A stretch of DNA of 64,000 bases from Bacteroidales bacterium (GTDB lineage Bacteria; Bacteroidota; Bacteroidia; Bacteroidales; M50B96): contig JAIOYV010000008.1 in the NCBI GenBank assembly GCA_021740905.1, forward strand, positions 9,543 to 73,542, read 5' to 3'. Below are positions 9,646 to 18,995 of this stretch, in pieces. Position numbers and translations under genes: made by a program. The notes below the pieces were generated by a model. The model saw only the letters and a list, made by a program, of their open reading frames with translations, did not search any database and was not told the DNA's origin. Each line of letters starts with the position of its first letter. Within the stretch, counting starts at the first letter, position 1.

Positions 9646-10146
9646 TTAGCGTGAATTTAGCGTGAAAATATTGATCATGTCGTCCTGTTTGAAACTTTGG
9701 ATCATAGCTGGGATTTTGGCAAAGTCGATGTTTCCGATCAGGTAAAAAACATAAAGATCTTCCCCGGTGCTAACCGTACCCGTCAACTCGTTAACACGAC
9801 CCTCCTTTCCATATATCGAGAAATTCGTTTTGCCGCCCCACATATTGGCATATTCTTCGAAATCGTTGGCAAGGTAATCCTCCATAATTTTACGGTACGA
9901 TTTGTCGGCCAGGGCAGTGGAGTCGAGCGTGTAGACCAACAACTTTTCGATGCCCTCCACCATTTTATTGTAGTCCTCGTTCTTGGCCAGGTTGATCATG
10001 CGCAAAGTACTGGGGTAAAAGCAATATTTTTTATTGCAGGCAGTATCGGCATACGTTTTCAGGATGTCCTGTTGTGCAAAAAGGGGCTGCATTAGCCCCA
10101 GCGCAAAAACGAACAAAAACCATTTACTTCTTCTCGGCATTTTCAA
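9646..10146 (-). CDS. DUF4252-like secreted protein
   Basis: Signal peptide plus a DUF4252-like pattern, paralogous to the next gene and in the typical position downstream of an ECF sigma/anti-sigma pair. Confidence 0.5.
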   Translation of the reverse strand: MKMPRRSKWFLFVFALGLMQPLFAQQDILKTYADTACNKKYCFYPSTLRMINLAKNEDYNKMVEGIEKLLVYTLDSTALADKSYRKIMEDYLANDFEEYANMWGGKTNFSIYGKEGRVNELTGTVSTGEDLYVFYLIGNIDFAKIPAMIQSFKQDDMINIFTLNSR

Positions 10147-10651
10147 TTTTTTTCAGGTTTTCGAGGCCTTTTATTTTCATCGATCGGGCAATTTTTGATA
10201 TGTTTTTCAGGTCGATTTCGCCATACAAACTGAGCATCACAAAATTCTTTTTTCCGCCCACAACCATAATCAACTCCTCAATTTTGCCTTTATTTTCCTT
10301 GATCAAAAATTTCATGTCCTCGCTGGCATCCTGCACTGTCATCAATTCCTCATAACCCTCTTTGCTGATGTCGGCACATGCCTGGGCATATATTTTCGCT
10401 GAATTGGCCACACTGTCCGCAGCCAGTACTTTCAGACCTTTAAGTTTGCTCACGGCCTCAAGAAAGGCTTTTTCGTCGTCACCATCAGCTTCCAATTCGG
10501 TAAACAGGGAGAACATCTTACTGTTCACGGTCACTTTTGTGAAATCCTCGTTGTCGGCATACTGGTTGAAATATTTGGTAATCACACTTCCTTGTGCCAT
10601 GCCTGCAAAAGACAGCAAGCTTAATCCGATAATTAAAATGTTTGTTTTCAT
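10124..10651 (-). CDS. DUF4252-like secreted protein
   Basis: Signal peptide, then ITKYF..Y....F.KV.V..KMFSL motif characteristic of DUF4252. Confidence 0.55.
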   Translation of the reverse strand: MKTNILIIGLSLLSFAGMAQGSVITKYFNQYADNEDFTKVTVNSKMFSLFTELEADGDDEKAFLEAVSKLKGLKVLAADSVANSAKIYAQACADISKEGYEELMTVQDASEDMKFLIKENKGKIEELIMVVGGKKNFVMLSLYGEIDLKNISKIARSMKIKGLENLKKIENAEKK

Positions 10652-10752
10652 GTTTTTAAGTTATTAGATGGTTTAAAAATAATTTACTGATTTAGATTTA
10701 TAGGGTATTTTTGAGGTCATATATTCGAAGGACAGACTGGTTGAAATCTGGG

Positions 10753-10850
10753 AAGATTTCCTCCGCTGGCGGAGGCCAGGGGGTGGAATTAATTGCAGGA
10801 AATCCCCCCTCTTATTCTCCCCTGGGGGGGAGACAGTGCTATGTTGCAAT
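10753..10850 (+). repeat. dispersed ~100-bp intergenic repeat, copy 1
   Basis: Near-identical to 26866-26961. Shared blocks are CCGCTGGCGG..GG..AGGG.GTGGAATTAA.TGC, CCCCCCTCTTATTCTCCCC and GTTGCAATC. Confidence 0.55.
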
Positions 10851-10940
10851 TCATTAGAAGAAATTATGACGTTTGTCCAAACCATAGCCCCATTTTCAAT
10901 TTTAAACAGTTCAACTAAACTTTATATCCTACGGCCTGTC

Positions 10941-11372
10941 TCATTTTGAAATTAGTTGAGTTGCCTCTTCAAATTTCTGCAAGTTATCCACATAAGCCGT
11001 CCCTTTGTTCATGCCCGATGAAATTGACATAAGTGCCTGCCTTGTAATTTCAAAGGCTTTTTGTGGGTCATCGACCAGAAATTCGTTTTGTTTTTGAGAT
11101 TGTTGGAATAGGTAAGCCCCTCCCATAATTCCCACGAAAATTGCGGCTGCCATCATCCATTTTGGCAATAAGAATTTCCTGCCGGGATGTTTAAACTCAA
11201 CAGGCGGCTTTAGTACCGATGCTTTTTTCAGATGCTTGAAATAGCCGGCTTCAGAATCTGTTGAATTATTTTTGCTGAAATAATTTTTTAGGATTTTTTC
11301 TTCTTCTATGGTCGTTTCCCCAGCCCAATATTTTTCCTGTATTTCTTTAATTCGCGATTCCATAGTCTTCAA
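10941..11372 (-). CDS. putative anti-sigma factor / membrane protein
   Basis: 143 aa with one transmembrane segment. It overlaps the 3' end of the ECF sigma gene by 26 nt. Confidence 0.4.
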   Translation of the reverse strand: MKTMESRIKEIQEKYWAGETTIEEEKILKNYFSKNNSTDSEAGYFKHLKKASVLKPPVEFKHPGRKFLLPKWMMAAAIFVGIMGGAYLFQQSQKQNEFLVDDPQKAFEITRQALMSISSGMNKGTAYVDNLQKFEEATQLISK

Positions 11373-11856
11373 TTTTTTGCAACATCAACCTAATTTTTGC
11401 CCTTGTGCGGTGTAACGATATTTTCACTTCTCCCAAACTCAACCCCAATATTTCCGCTATGTCCTGGTATGTCATGTCTTCAACTTCGCGGAGATGAAAC
11501 ACTTCCTGGTGCTTTTCGGGCAATGTTTTCAGTATTTCATCCAGCCATCTCAAATGATCTTTCGCATGGATAGCATCGTCCGTATTTCCCGAGTCGAGGG
11601 TATTTAATTCCTTGTCACTTATCAACGTATAGCGATTCATCTTCACCCAGTCGTAACATTGGTTGCGGGTAATCCGCATGGCCCACGAATCGGGACTGAC
11701 AATTTCCGGAAGCTTGTCGCGCTTGTCCCAGATTTTCATTAGGCACTCTTGCACCACATCGGCTGCAGTTTCGCTGTCCTTCAAAATCGAAAAAGCGTAT
11801 CTGTATATCTTTTCCGAAGCCGGCATGATATGTTTTTCAAACAGTGCTTTCGACAT
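11347..11856 (-). CDS. RNA polymerase ECF-type sigma-70 factor
   Basis: Sigma-70 region 2 (DVVQECLMKIW) and a region 4 HTH (YQDIAEILGLSLGEVKISLHRTR). Confidence 0.85.
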   Translation of the reverse strand: MSKALFEKHIMPASEKIYRYAFSILKDSETAADVVQECLMKIWDKRDKLPEIVSPDSWAMRITRNQCYDWVKMNRYTLISDKELNTLDSGNTDDAIHAKDHLRWLDEILKTLPEKHQEVFHLREVEDMTYQDIAEILGLSLGEVKISLHRTRAKIRLMLQKIEDYGIAN

Positions 11857-11984
11857 AACAGGGGGGAGACGGTGGGAAAAAGGGAAAGTTACAGATTCAA
11901 GATATTTTTACCGCAAAGGCGCTGAGGCGAAAAGGGATATTTTGTTTTTCTTAGCGTCTCCGAGCCTTTACGGTTATGTTTTCT

Positions 11985-12827
11985 TTACAATTTAACACTC
12001 ATCCACTTCCCTCTAATCATTGCCCACGATTCAGTGATTCCAATTTCATTCAACATTACAATTGCTTCCTGGTACATTTTTAGGATTTCATCAGGATTGT
12101 GCGAGTCGGAGTTGAGTGATATGCGGATTTTATTTTCGTGCAGTTTTTTCAGAAGATAAACTGAGGGATATGGCTCGCTTATATAGCCCTTGTACATTCC
12201 CCGAGTGTTGACCTCAACAATTGGTTTGCATTCAACCAAACAATCCACTATCTTGTCTAATTCTTCGAGGTACCAGTCCTGTTGTTCAAGATCAGGAACA
12301 ATTTTGCCAAGGTTCAGTTTAATCTTGTCGATATGGCCAACTACATCGGGAGGATCGGTGGTTATCATTTTCCGGGAAAGCTCGAAAAAGCGTTTGGTGA
12401 TGGCTATTGGGTCGTTCTTAAAAACCCGCTTCAAGCCCTTTTGAAATTCTTTGAATGGCCCATCGACGCAGAAAAGGTAATCCCAGGGATTTTCATAAAG
12501 ATAATGAATGGAGCCAAACAAATAGTCCAATCCCTCCGTGTTTCGGAATAATGAGGCTCCCGAAAATTTGTGAATGAAATCTGTTTCAAGACCACAGTAC
12601 ACCTCAATCCGGTCCTTATACTTTTTCTTCAATTCACCGATTTCAAGAATATACTTACTGAGCTTGTCCTTTTCCACACACCAATGATTTGGAAACGGAA
12701 CAGGGGCATGACTTGAAAAACCATACGAAAGCAAACCCAATTCGATAGCCGCCAAAAGCATTTCTTCCGGTTTGTTGGCACCATCGCAATAATTTGTGTG
12801 GCTGTGGAAATTGTAGAGGTAGTTCAT
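11985..12827 (-). CDS. histidinol-phosphatase, PHP family (HisJ/HisK-like)
   Basis: N-terminal HSHTNYCDG metal-binding motif and PHP-domain length. Confidence 0.7.
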   Translation of the reverse strand: MNYLYNFHSHTNYCDGANKPEEMLLAAIELGLLSYGFSSHAPVPFPNHWCVEKDKLSKYILEIGELKKKYKDRIEVYCGLETDFIHKFSGASLFRNTEGLDYLFGSIHYLYENPWDYLFCVDGPFKEFQKGLKRVFKNDPIAITKRFFELSRKMITTDPPDVVGHIDKIKLNLGKIVPDLEQQDWYLEELDKIVDCLVECKPIVEVNTRGMYKGYISEPYPSVYLLKKLHENKIRISLNSDSHNPDEILKMYQEAIVMLNEIGITESWAMIRGKWMSVKL

Positions 12828-12894
12828 AAGATCTCTTTTGAGATTATTCTTTAACTTACTTCAGTTATATCAATGCACTTATACAATATTACTT

Positions 12895-12925
12895 AAAAAG
12901 CATCAATCCATTGATGTATTATTTT
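12895..12925. terminator. putative bidirectional terminator downstream of fic
   Basis: Perfect hairpin catcaat-cc-attgatg flanked by A-run and T-rich tracts. Confidence 0.35.
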
Positions 12926-12962
12926 GATGAGAATGGTTGGCGTATATGGTATCAACCCTTCC

Positions 12963-14063
12963 TCAATCCTCGATAATACGCATCAGGTCGTTGTTGATAT
13001 AGACATTCTCGTTGCCTATCTTTTTTAATTCAAGTACATTTATTTCGCATAGTTGGTCAAGATATTTTCGTGCCGTGTTCCGGCTTTTTATTTTGTCGCC
13101 AACCACCTGAATGGCTTTTATGTAGGGTTGAGTGAAAATGGCTTCGAGGAGAAAAAATGGGATATTGGGAAGTTTCTGTTCAACATACAGCCTGGTCGAT
13201 TGAAATTGATCCATTATTTCATCAATCTTGAAAATGGTGTAGTTGGCAGTTTCTTTTAAGGCCAAAAGCATAAACTTCAGCCATCTTTCCCACGATCCAA
13301 GTGTTGATACTGAGTTCAACAAATGATAATAGTCGTCTTTGTTGCGAATAATGTATTTGCTTAGGTATAAGATGGGAAATTTCAGGATGTCTTTTTTTAT
13401 AAGGATAAGGACGTTCAGGATTCGACCTGTTCTGCCATTGCCGTCCGAGAATGGATGAATGGCTTCGAATTGGTAATGGGCAATGGCCATTTTCAGCAAT
13501 GGGTCGTACGGATATTTCTCATCATCGTTTATAAAATCAAGAAGGTTTTGATAAAGCTTTACGATCAAACCTTCATTATTTGGAGGTGTATATACCACCT
13601 TGCCACTGGTAAGGCTCGATCCTCCTTTTACAATCCTCACATTCGCTTGTGGTGAACGAACGCCCTGAGAAGTTTCCTTTATTTTTTGGTAAATACTGAT
13701 CAGGGTGTTGAAATCGAGTTCCGTTTTATTTGCCAGTGAATTTATTCCCTCCCATAGCGATTCACGATATCTCAGTACCTCTTTGGCGGCAGGGCTTATA
13801 TTCGTGTCGGTGGTTGAAAGGGCTTTGTAAAGCTCATCCTCGGTGGTGAAGATATTTTCGATTTCGGAACTCGACTTTGCCTCCTTCAAGGCAATGGTGT
13901 TTACCAGCATCAGAGGGTTTGGCAATCGTTGCGACATGCCATCTAACTTCCCCAAAGACCTATTGGCCTGAGACAAAAGAAGAAGAACCTCCTTCGTGAG
14001 TATTTTATCTTCGCTGGGAGGAAGCAATGGTAAGTCGTTGAATGGTTTTTCGCGGTCGAACAT
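12963..14063 (-). CDS. Fic family protein (AMPylation/Doc-like)
   Basis: Fic motif HPFSDGNGRTGR. Start placed at ATG 14063 (MFDREKPF...). The TTG-extended start at 14090 was rejected. Confidence 0.85.
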   Translation of the reverse strand: MFDREKPFNDLPLLPPSEDKILTKEVLLLLSQANRSLGKLDGMSQRLPNPLMLVNTIALKEAKSSSEIENIFTTEDELYKALSTTDTNISPAAKEVLRYRESLWEGINSLANKTELDFNTLISIYQKIKETSQGVRSPQANVRIVKGGSSLTSGKVVYTPPNNEGLIVKLYQNLLDFINDDEKYPYDPLLKMAIAHYQFEAIHPFSDGNGRTGRILNVLILIKKDILKFPILYLSKYIIRNKDDYYHLLNSVSTLGSWERWLKFMLLALKETANYTIFKIDEIMDQFQSTRLYVEQKLPNIPFFLLEAIFTQPYIKAIQVVGDKIKSRNTARKYLDQLCEINVLELKKIGNENVYINNDLMRIIED

Positions 14064-14075
14064 ATTTTTTCGTTT

Positions 14076-14240
14076 GCACAAATATAGCAATAATTTGTGC
14101 GAACGGTGATTTTCCTGTCAAACTATGACCATATTTTAACCGTCTGCACAAAAATCAGAATAATTTGTGCAGACCCCTGTTTTTGTGTCAAACAATGACA
14201 AGTTTTATCTTGATCGCACAATATTGATCATTTTTTGTGC
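14076..14240. promoter_or_regulatory. 3 x 70-bp direct repeats each containing a 25-bp palindrome GCACAA-N13-TTGTGC, immediately upstream of fic
   Basis: Palindromes at 14076-14100, 14146-14170 and 14216-14240, with an exact 70-bp period. Units 1 and 2 also carry TGTCAAAC(T/A)ATGAC palindromes. Confidence 0.6.
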
Positions 14241-14352
14241 GAAGGCTGATTTTCCATTCTAGCACTAAGATAGAATCACTATAAAATAATTAATAAGACC
14301 ATTCAAGGTTTGATATTATAAATCCAGAAAGAGGAAAACAATTGTAGAAGTT

Positions 14353-15870
14353 TTACTTCCCAATCTTCTCCACCCCAGTCTTCAACCTACTCAAAGTTTC
14401 TTCCTTACCAATCACCTCAATAATATCGAACATGTGGGGACCTTTCGGTTCTCCTACAATACAAAGTCGGAAAGCATTCATCACAGCGCCCATTCCAAGT
14501 TCTTTTTCGGTGATCCAGGCTTTTACTTTTTCTTCGGTGTTGGAGGAAGAAAAATCCTCGGTGTTGGCCAAAACATTAGCCAGTTCTTGCATCAAAGCCG
14601 GGGTATTTTCTTTCCAATTCTTTTTCACAGCCCTGTTATCGTAATCGGCAGGTGCTTCAAAAAAGAAAGAGGCTTGGTCCCAAATTTCATGGACAAACTG
14701 CACTCGTTCTTTCACAAAACCAACTATCCTCTCCACCTTTCCAAGCACGGCTTCAATCCCTTTTTCTTTTAAGATGATTGAAAAGAGCTTGGCAATTTCA
14801 GCATTATCTTTTTTCTGAAGCCATTGCTGGTTGAACCATTTGGCTTTTTCAGGATCGAAACGCGAACCCGATTTGCCCACTTTTTCCAACGAGAAACTCT
14901 GAACCAATTCGTCAAGGTTGAAAATTTCTTGTTCGGTGCCAGGGTTCCAGCCAAGCAAAGCAAGCAAGTTTACAAATGCCTCGGCAAAATAACCCGATTC
15001 ACGATAGCCCATAAAAACCTCATCATCGGCCGTGGTCCATTCCGTAGGGAACACAGGGAAACCCATCTTGTCGCCATCGCGCTTGCTGAGTTTTCCCTTG
15101 CCTGTTGGTTTCAATAATAAAGGTAAATGAGCATACTCTGGTGAATCCCATCCAAAGGCCCGGTACAAAAGAACGTGCAAAGGCAGGGATGGCAGCCACT
15201 CTTCACCCCGGATCACATGCGAAATTTCCATCAGGTGGTCGTCGACAATGTTGGCCAGGTGGTATGTAGGCATTCCATCCGATTTGAATAACACCTTGTC
15301 GTCGAGAGTCGTTGTATTTACTTTTACTTCTCCCCGGATAATGTCATTCATCACAATTTCTTGATTTTCGGGCATTTTAAAACGGAGCACAAAAGGCTCA
15401 CCGGCATCGATTTTTTGCTTCACCAATTCTTCTGGCAAAACCAACGAATTGTTTAATTTTCCTCTTGTGGAGGTATCATAAGTAAAAGTAAGCTTTTCAG
15501 CCTCGTATTCTTCGCGCATTTTGTCAAGTTCTTCGGGAGTGTCAAAAGCAAAATAGGCATTGCCCGATTGAATTAACTGCTCGGCATATTGAAGATAGAT
15601 TTCTTTCCTTTCCGACTGCCTGTAAGGGCCATAATTTCCACCCTCTAAAATTCCTTCATCAAATTTTATCCCGCACCAGGCCAACGAATCCATTATGTAT
15701 TCCTCGGCACCCGGAACGAAACGGGTTTGGTCGGTATCTTCGATGCGAAGGATAAAATCGCCACCGTTCTTTTTGGCAAACAAATAATTGAAAAGGGCCG
15801 TGCGCACACCGCCTATATGCAAAGGCCCCGTTGGGCTGGGGGCAAATCGTACCCGTACTTTCTGTGACAT
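14353..15870 (-). CDS. gltX: glutamate--tRNA ligase
   Basis: Class I HIGH motif PTGPLHIGG and KMSKS-like LSKR. Start set at [12 protein letters not shown] (ATG complement at 15870). Confidence 0.9.
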   Translation of the reverse strand: MSQKVRVRFAPSPTGPLHIGGVRTALFNYLFAKKNGGDFILRIEDTDQTRFVPGAEEYIMDSLAWCGIKFDEGILEGGNYGPYRQSERKEIYLQYAEQLIQSGNAYFAFDTPEELDKMREEYEAEKLTFTYDTSTRGKLNNSLVLPEELVKQKIDAGEPFVLRFKMPENQEIVMNDIIRGEVKVNTTTLDDKVLFKSDGMPTYHLANIVDDHLMEISHVIRGEEWLPSLPLHVLLYRAFGWDSPEYAHLPLLLKPTGKGKLSKRDGDKMGFPVFPTEWTTADDEVFMGYRESGYFAEAFVNLLALLGWNPGTEQEIFNLDELVQSFSLEKVGKSGSRFDPEKAKWFNQQWLQKKDNAEIAKLFSIILKEKGIEAVLGKVERIVGFVKERVQFVHEIWDQASFFFEAPADYDNRAVKKNWKENTPALMQELANVLANTEDFSSSNTEEKVKAWITEKELGMGAVMNAFRLCIVGEPKGPHMFDIIEVIGKEETLSRLKTGVEKIGK

Positions 15871-16157
15871 ATTTAAAATTTTCGGCAAAGATAGGGAAAT
15901 GGGTGGATGTTGGAATTGAAAACCAAAAAACTCAGAATACTCCATATTCATCAGCATAAAGCTCTTTTTCTGACACAGATTTACGCATAAAACACGGATT
16001 TGGAAATAAGATATTTTTAAGAATGGACATAGTGTCAACCCTATTTATAAATGCACAAGTCCTGAACCCTGAGCCTTGAACCATCGGCCTACTTTTTCGT
16101 TTTCCTGATTGAATATTAAAATGTTTCTTTGCACTTTATATAAATTGATTATTTGAA

Positions 16158-17543
16158 ATGGGAATACTAACACAAGCATTAGGCCTGCTGTTGAGTTTAT
16201 CAATACTTGTTATCCTGCACGAAGCAGGGCATTTTATCATGGCCAGGATTTTTAATACCCGGGTCGAGAAATTTTATCTGTTTTTTAATCCCTGGTTTGA
16301 GCTTTTCAAAATAAAAAAAGGAGATACTGAATATGGAATCGGTTGGCTCCCTCTTGGCGGATATGTAAAAATTTCAGGGATGATCGACGAGTCTATGGAT
16401 AAGGAGGCAATGAAACTTCCACCCCAGCCATGGGAATTCCGAAGTAAACCAGCCTGGCAACGTCTATTGATTATGACAGGTGGGGTAGTGGTCAACTTTA
16501 TCCTGGCATTGTTTATTTATGCAATGATCCTGTATACTTATGGAAAAGAATACCTGCCTGCCGAAAATGTGAAGTATGGCTACGAATTTCACGAGGTGGC
16601 GCAAAATATTGGCCTCCAAAATGGGGATAAAATCCTGATGGTGGATACCATCAAAATAAAAGACTATTCCGATATTGTGCCCACTATTTTGATTGAAGGC
16701 GCCCACAACCTTACGATTGATCGTGATGGACAGCAAATGAAGATTGCTATCCCCGAAGGTTTCACCAAGGAAGTAATTGCCAAAGAGGTAAGAGGATTGA
16801 TCAGCCTCCGGGTCCCTTTTGTGGTGGATACTGTTTTAAGAACAAAGAAACCATCAGCCATCATGCTTTGGGTAAAAGAAGTATTCGGTAAGGATACTAC
16901 TTCTGTTGAAAAGCCAGGCTACCTCGCAGGATTCCAAAAGAACGACCGGATACTGGCAGTAAATGATATGCCTACACCATTTTATGGAGAATTCGAGGCT
17001 GAAAAACAGAAGCATGTCGGCGAACAGATCGAAGTGCTGGTTGACCGAAAAGGAGTTGAAAAGACATTGATTGTAGACCTGGGCGATGATGGGATGATTG
17101 GCATCGGCAACAAACCCCTTTCCTACCATTTCAGTGTGGAAAAAATTAATTACAGTTTTCTTGAAGCGATACCTGCAGGAATAGTAATGGGTGTGGAAAC
17201 ACTGATTTTCTACATCAAGCAAATGAAGCTCATTTTTACAAAAGAAGGGGCGCAGCAATTAGGTGGTTTCGGTGCTATTGGCGGCTTGTTCCCTAAAACC
17301 TGGGACTGGCATGTTTTCTGGAATATGACAGCCTTTATTTCCTTGGTGCTTGCATTTATGAATATTTTGCCCATCCCAGCCCTCGATGGAGGACATGTGG
17401 CCTTTCTTTTATTTGAAATGATAACAGGCCGTAAACCCGGCGACAAGTTCCTGGAATATGCTCAGATTGCAGGGATGGTCATCCTATTGGGCCTTTTATT
17501 ATTTGCCAATGGGAATGATATTTACAGGACTTTCTTTAAATAA
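16158..17543 (+). CDS. rseP: RIP metalloprotease RseP (site-2 protease)
   Basis: HEAGH zinc motif, PDZ region and C-terminal LDGGH motif. Confidence 0.85.
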   Translation: MGILTQALGLLLSLSILVILHEAGHFIMARIFNTRVEKFYLFFNPWFELFKIKKGDTEYGIGWLPLGGYVKISGMIDESMDKEAMKLPPQPWEFRSKPAWQRLLIMTGGVVVNFILALFIYAMILYTYGKEYLPAENVKYGYEFHEVAQNIGLQNGDKILMVDTIKIKDYSDIVPTILIEGAHNLTIDRDGQQMKIAIPEGFTKEVIAKEVRGLISLRVPFVVDTVLRTKKPSAIMLWVKEVFGKDTTSVEKPGYLAGFQKNDRILAVNDMPTPFYGEFEAEKQKHVGEQIEVLVDRKGVEKTLIVDLGDDGMIGIGNKPLSYHFSVEKINYSFLEAIPAGIVMGVETLIFYIKQMKLIFTKEGAQQLGGFGAIGGLFPKTWDWHVFWNMTAFISLVLAFMNILPIPALDGGHVAFLLFEMITGRKPGDKFLEYAQIAGMVILLGLLLFANGNDIYRTFFK

Positions 17544-17554
17544 GACAAGATAAC

Positions 17555-17986
17555 ATGAAAACTCTTATGAGATTGATTGGCGTATTGGCTGTGGCCTCGT
17601 TTTTTGCGAGTTGCAATTTAGACAATACAGCAAGCCCGTCCACACAGGATATTGTGTATAGCGACACCAGCCTGATCACAGGCGAGCTTTCGGTGGAGGT
17701 GCTCTATTTCGATCAAGCGGGCCAGAATTATAAACCTGCCCCATCGGGTACCGGTGTTTTCCTGTTTGCCACTTTCGAGGATTTGCAAAACAATATGCCT
17801 ATTTATGCCCTTCAGACCACAAACAGCAATTCAGTTTATTTTGGATTTATCAACTACGGAAATTATTACGTGCTGGGATTCAACAATACGAGCTTAAACA
17901 ATTACGAAGGTGTAAGCGTGGTACAGGTACGTCCCCGGCGACACGAAGTGCTTACCCTCAGCATGTATAAAACAGCAAAAAAATAA
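17555..17986 (+). CDS. hypothetical lipoprotein
   Basis: Signal peptide with lipobox FFASC. No other motifs. Confidence 0.4.
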   Translation: MKTLMRLIGVLAVASFFASCNLDNTASPSTQDIVYSDTSLITGELSVEVLYFDQAGQNYKPAPSGTGVFLFATFEDLQNNMPIYALQTTNSNSVYFGFINYGNYYVLGFNNTSLNNYEGVSVVQVRPRRHEVLTLSMYKTAKK

Positions 17987-17992
17987 GGCTCT

Positions 17993-18868
17993 ATGCTACA
18001 ATCGATGACCGGCTACGGAAAATCCGTGTGCGAATTAGACAGCAAAAAAATCACCATTGAAGTAAAATCACTCAACAGCAAACAACTGGATTTGAACATG
18101 CGCATCCCCGGCCTTTATAAGGAAAAGGAAATGCTAATCAGAAATGAAATTTCGAAGCAATTGGAAAGGGGAAAAGTGGATGTGGCCATATATCTCGAAG
18201 CCACCGGCGCAAGCAGTTCAAACCAGTTCAATGCAGCCGTTGTAAAAGACTATTTCAATCAACTAAAAAAAATACAGGAAGAACTTGGCTTTGCTGTCGA
18301 CCCGGCCATTATGCGCGGTATTATCCGTTTGCCAGAAGTGTTGGATACCCAACGCGAAGAATTAGACGAAACCGAATGGGACATAGTTTTTTCACATCTA
18401 TTGAAGGCCATTGAACAGGTGAAGGAATTTCGCAATCAGGAAGGTGAAGCCTTGGAAAAGGACATCCGGATGAGGGTTGAAAACATCGTTGTCCTGTCGA
18501 AAGAAGTGTTCCCTTTCGAGGCCGAACGTATCGAAACCATCCGTACCCGCCTCGACGACAACCTGAAAGAATTTGCCAATGGTAAAGCGCTTGACGGAAA
18601 CCGCCTTGAGCAGGAGATTGTTTATTATCTCGAAAAATTCGACATAACCGAAGAAAAAGTAAGGCTGGCCAATCATTGCAGTTATTTCACAGAAGTGGTT
18701 TCTGAGGCAGCTTCGCCAGGAAAAAAGCTGGGTTTCATAAGCCAGGAAATAGGCCGCGAGATCAATACCCTCGGATCGAAAGCCAACCACCACGAAATCC
18801 AAAAATTGGTGGTTAAAATGAAAGACGAATTGGAAAAAATAAAGGAGCAGTTGCTAAACGTGTTGTAG
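17993..18868 (+). CDS. yicC: YicC family stress-induced protein
   Basis: N-terminal MTGYG and YicC N- and C-terminal (DUF1732) architecture, 291 aa. Confidence 0.8.
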   Translation: MLQSMTGYGKSVCELDSKKITIEVKSLNSKQLDLNMRIPGLYKEKEMLIRNEISKQLERGKVDVAIYLEATGASSSNQFNAAVVKDYFNQLKKIQEELGFAVDPAIMRGIIRLPEVLDTQREELDETEWDIVFSHLLKAIEQVKEFRNQEGEALEKDIRMRVENIVVLSKEVFPFEAERIETIRTRLDDNLKEFANGKALDGNRLEQEIVYYLEKFDITEEKVRLANHCSYFTEVVSEAASPGKKLGFISQEIGREINTLGSKANHHEIQKLVVKMKDELEKIKEQLLNVL

Positions 18869-18995
18869 TTCTTCCAACCTTGCTTGCTGAACCATCATTA
18901 TTTCTTATTATTCAAAAAAACACAAATAGAATAATAAACCAGATTTAGTTTGGACAAAGTCCCAAATAATTTATTGATGCTTCGTTTAATTACTT

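Noticed and set aside
10673-10885. 70-aa minus-strand ORF
   Set aside because: It lies wholly within the dispersed 100-bp repeat element, and its proline- and glycine-rich translation is an artefact of the C/G tracts.
14063-14090. Upstream TTG-extended start for fic (MLYLCKRKN...)
   Set aside because: An in-frame ATG at 14063 gives a sensible N-terminus, and the extension would run into the palindrome array.
14064-14350. Possible CRISPR array (regular direct repeats)
   Set aside because: There are only three units, the unit is 70 bp with internal palindromes and no unique spacers between units, and no cas genes are present. Interpreted as an operator array instead.
15871-16038. N-terminal extension of gltX in the ORF track
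   Set aside because: Homology begins at [15 protein letters not shown]. The upstream 56 codons are unlike GluRS and look like translated leader sequence.
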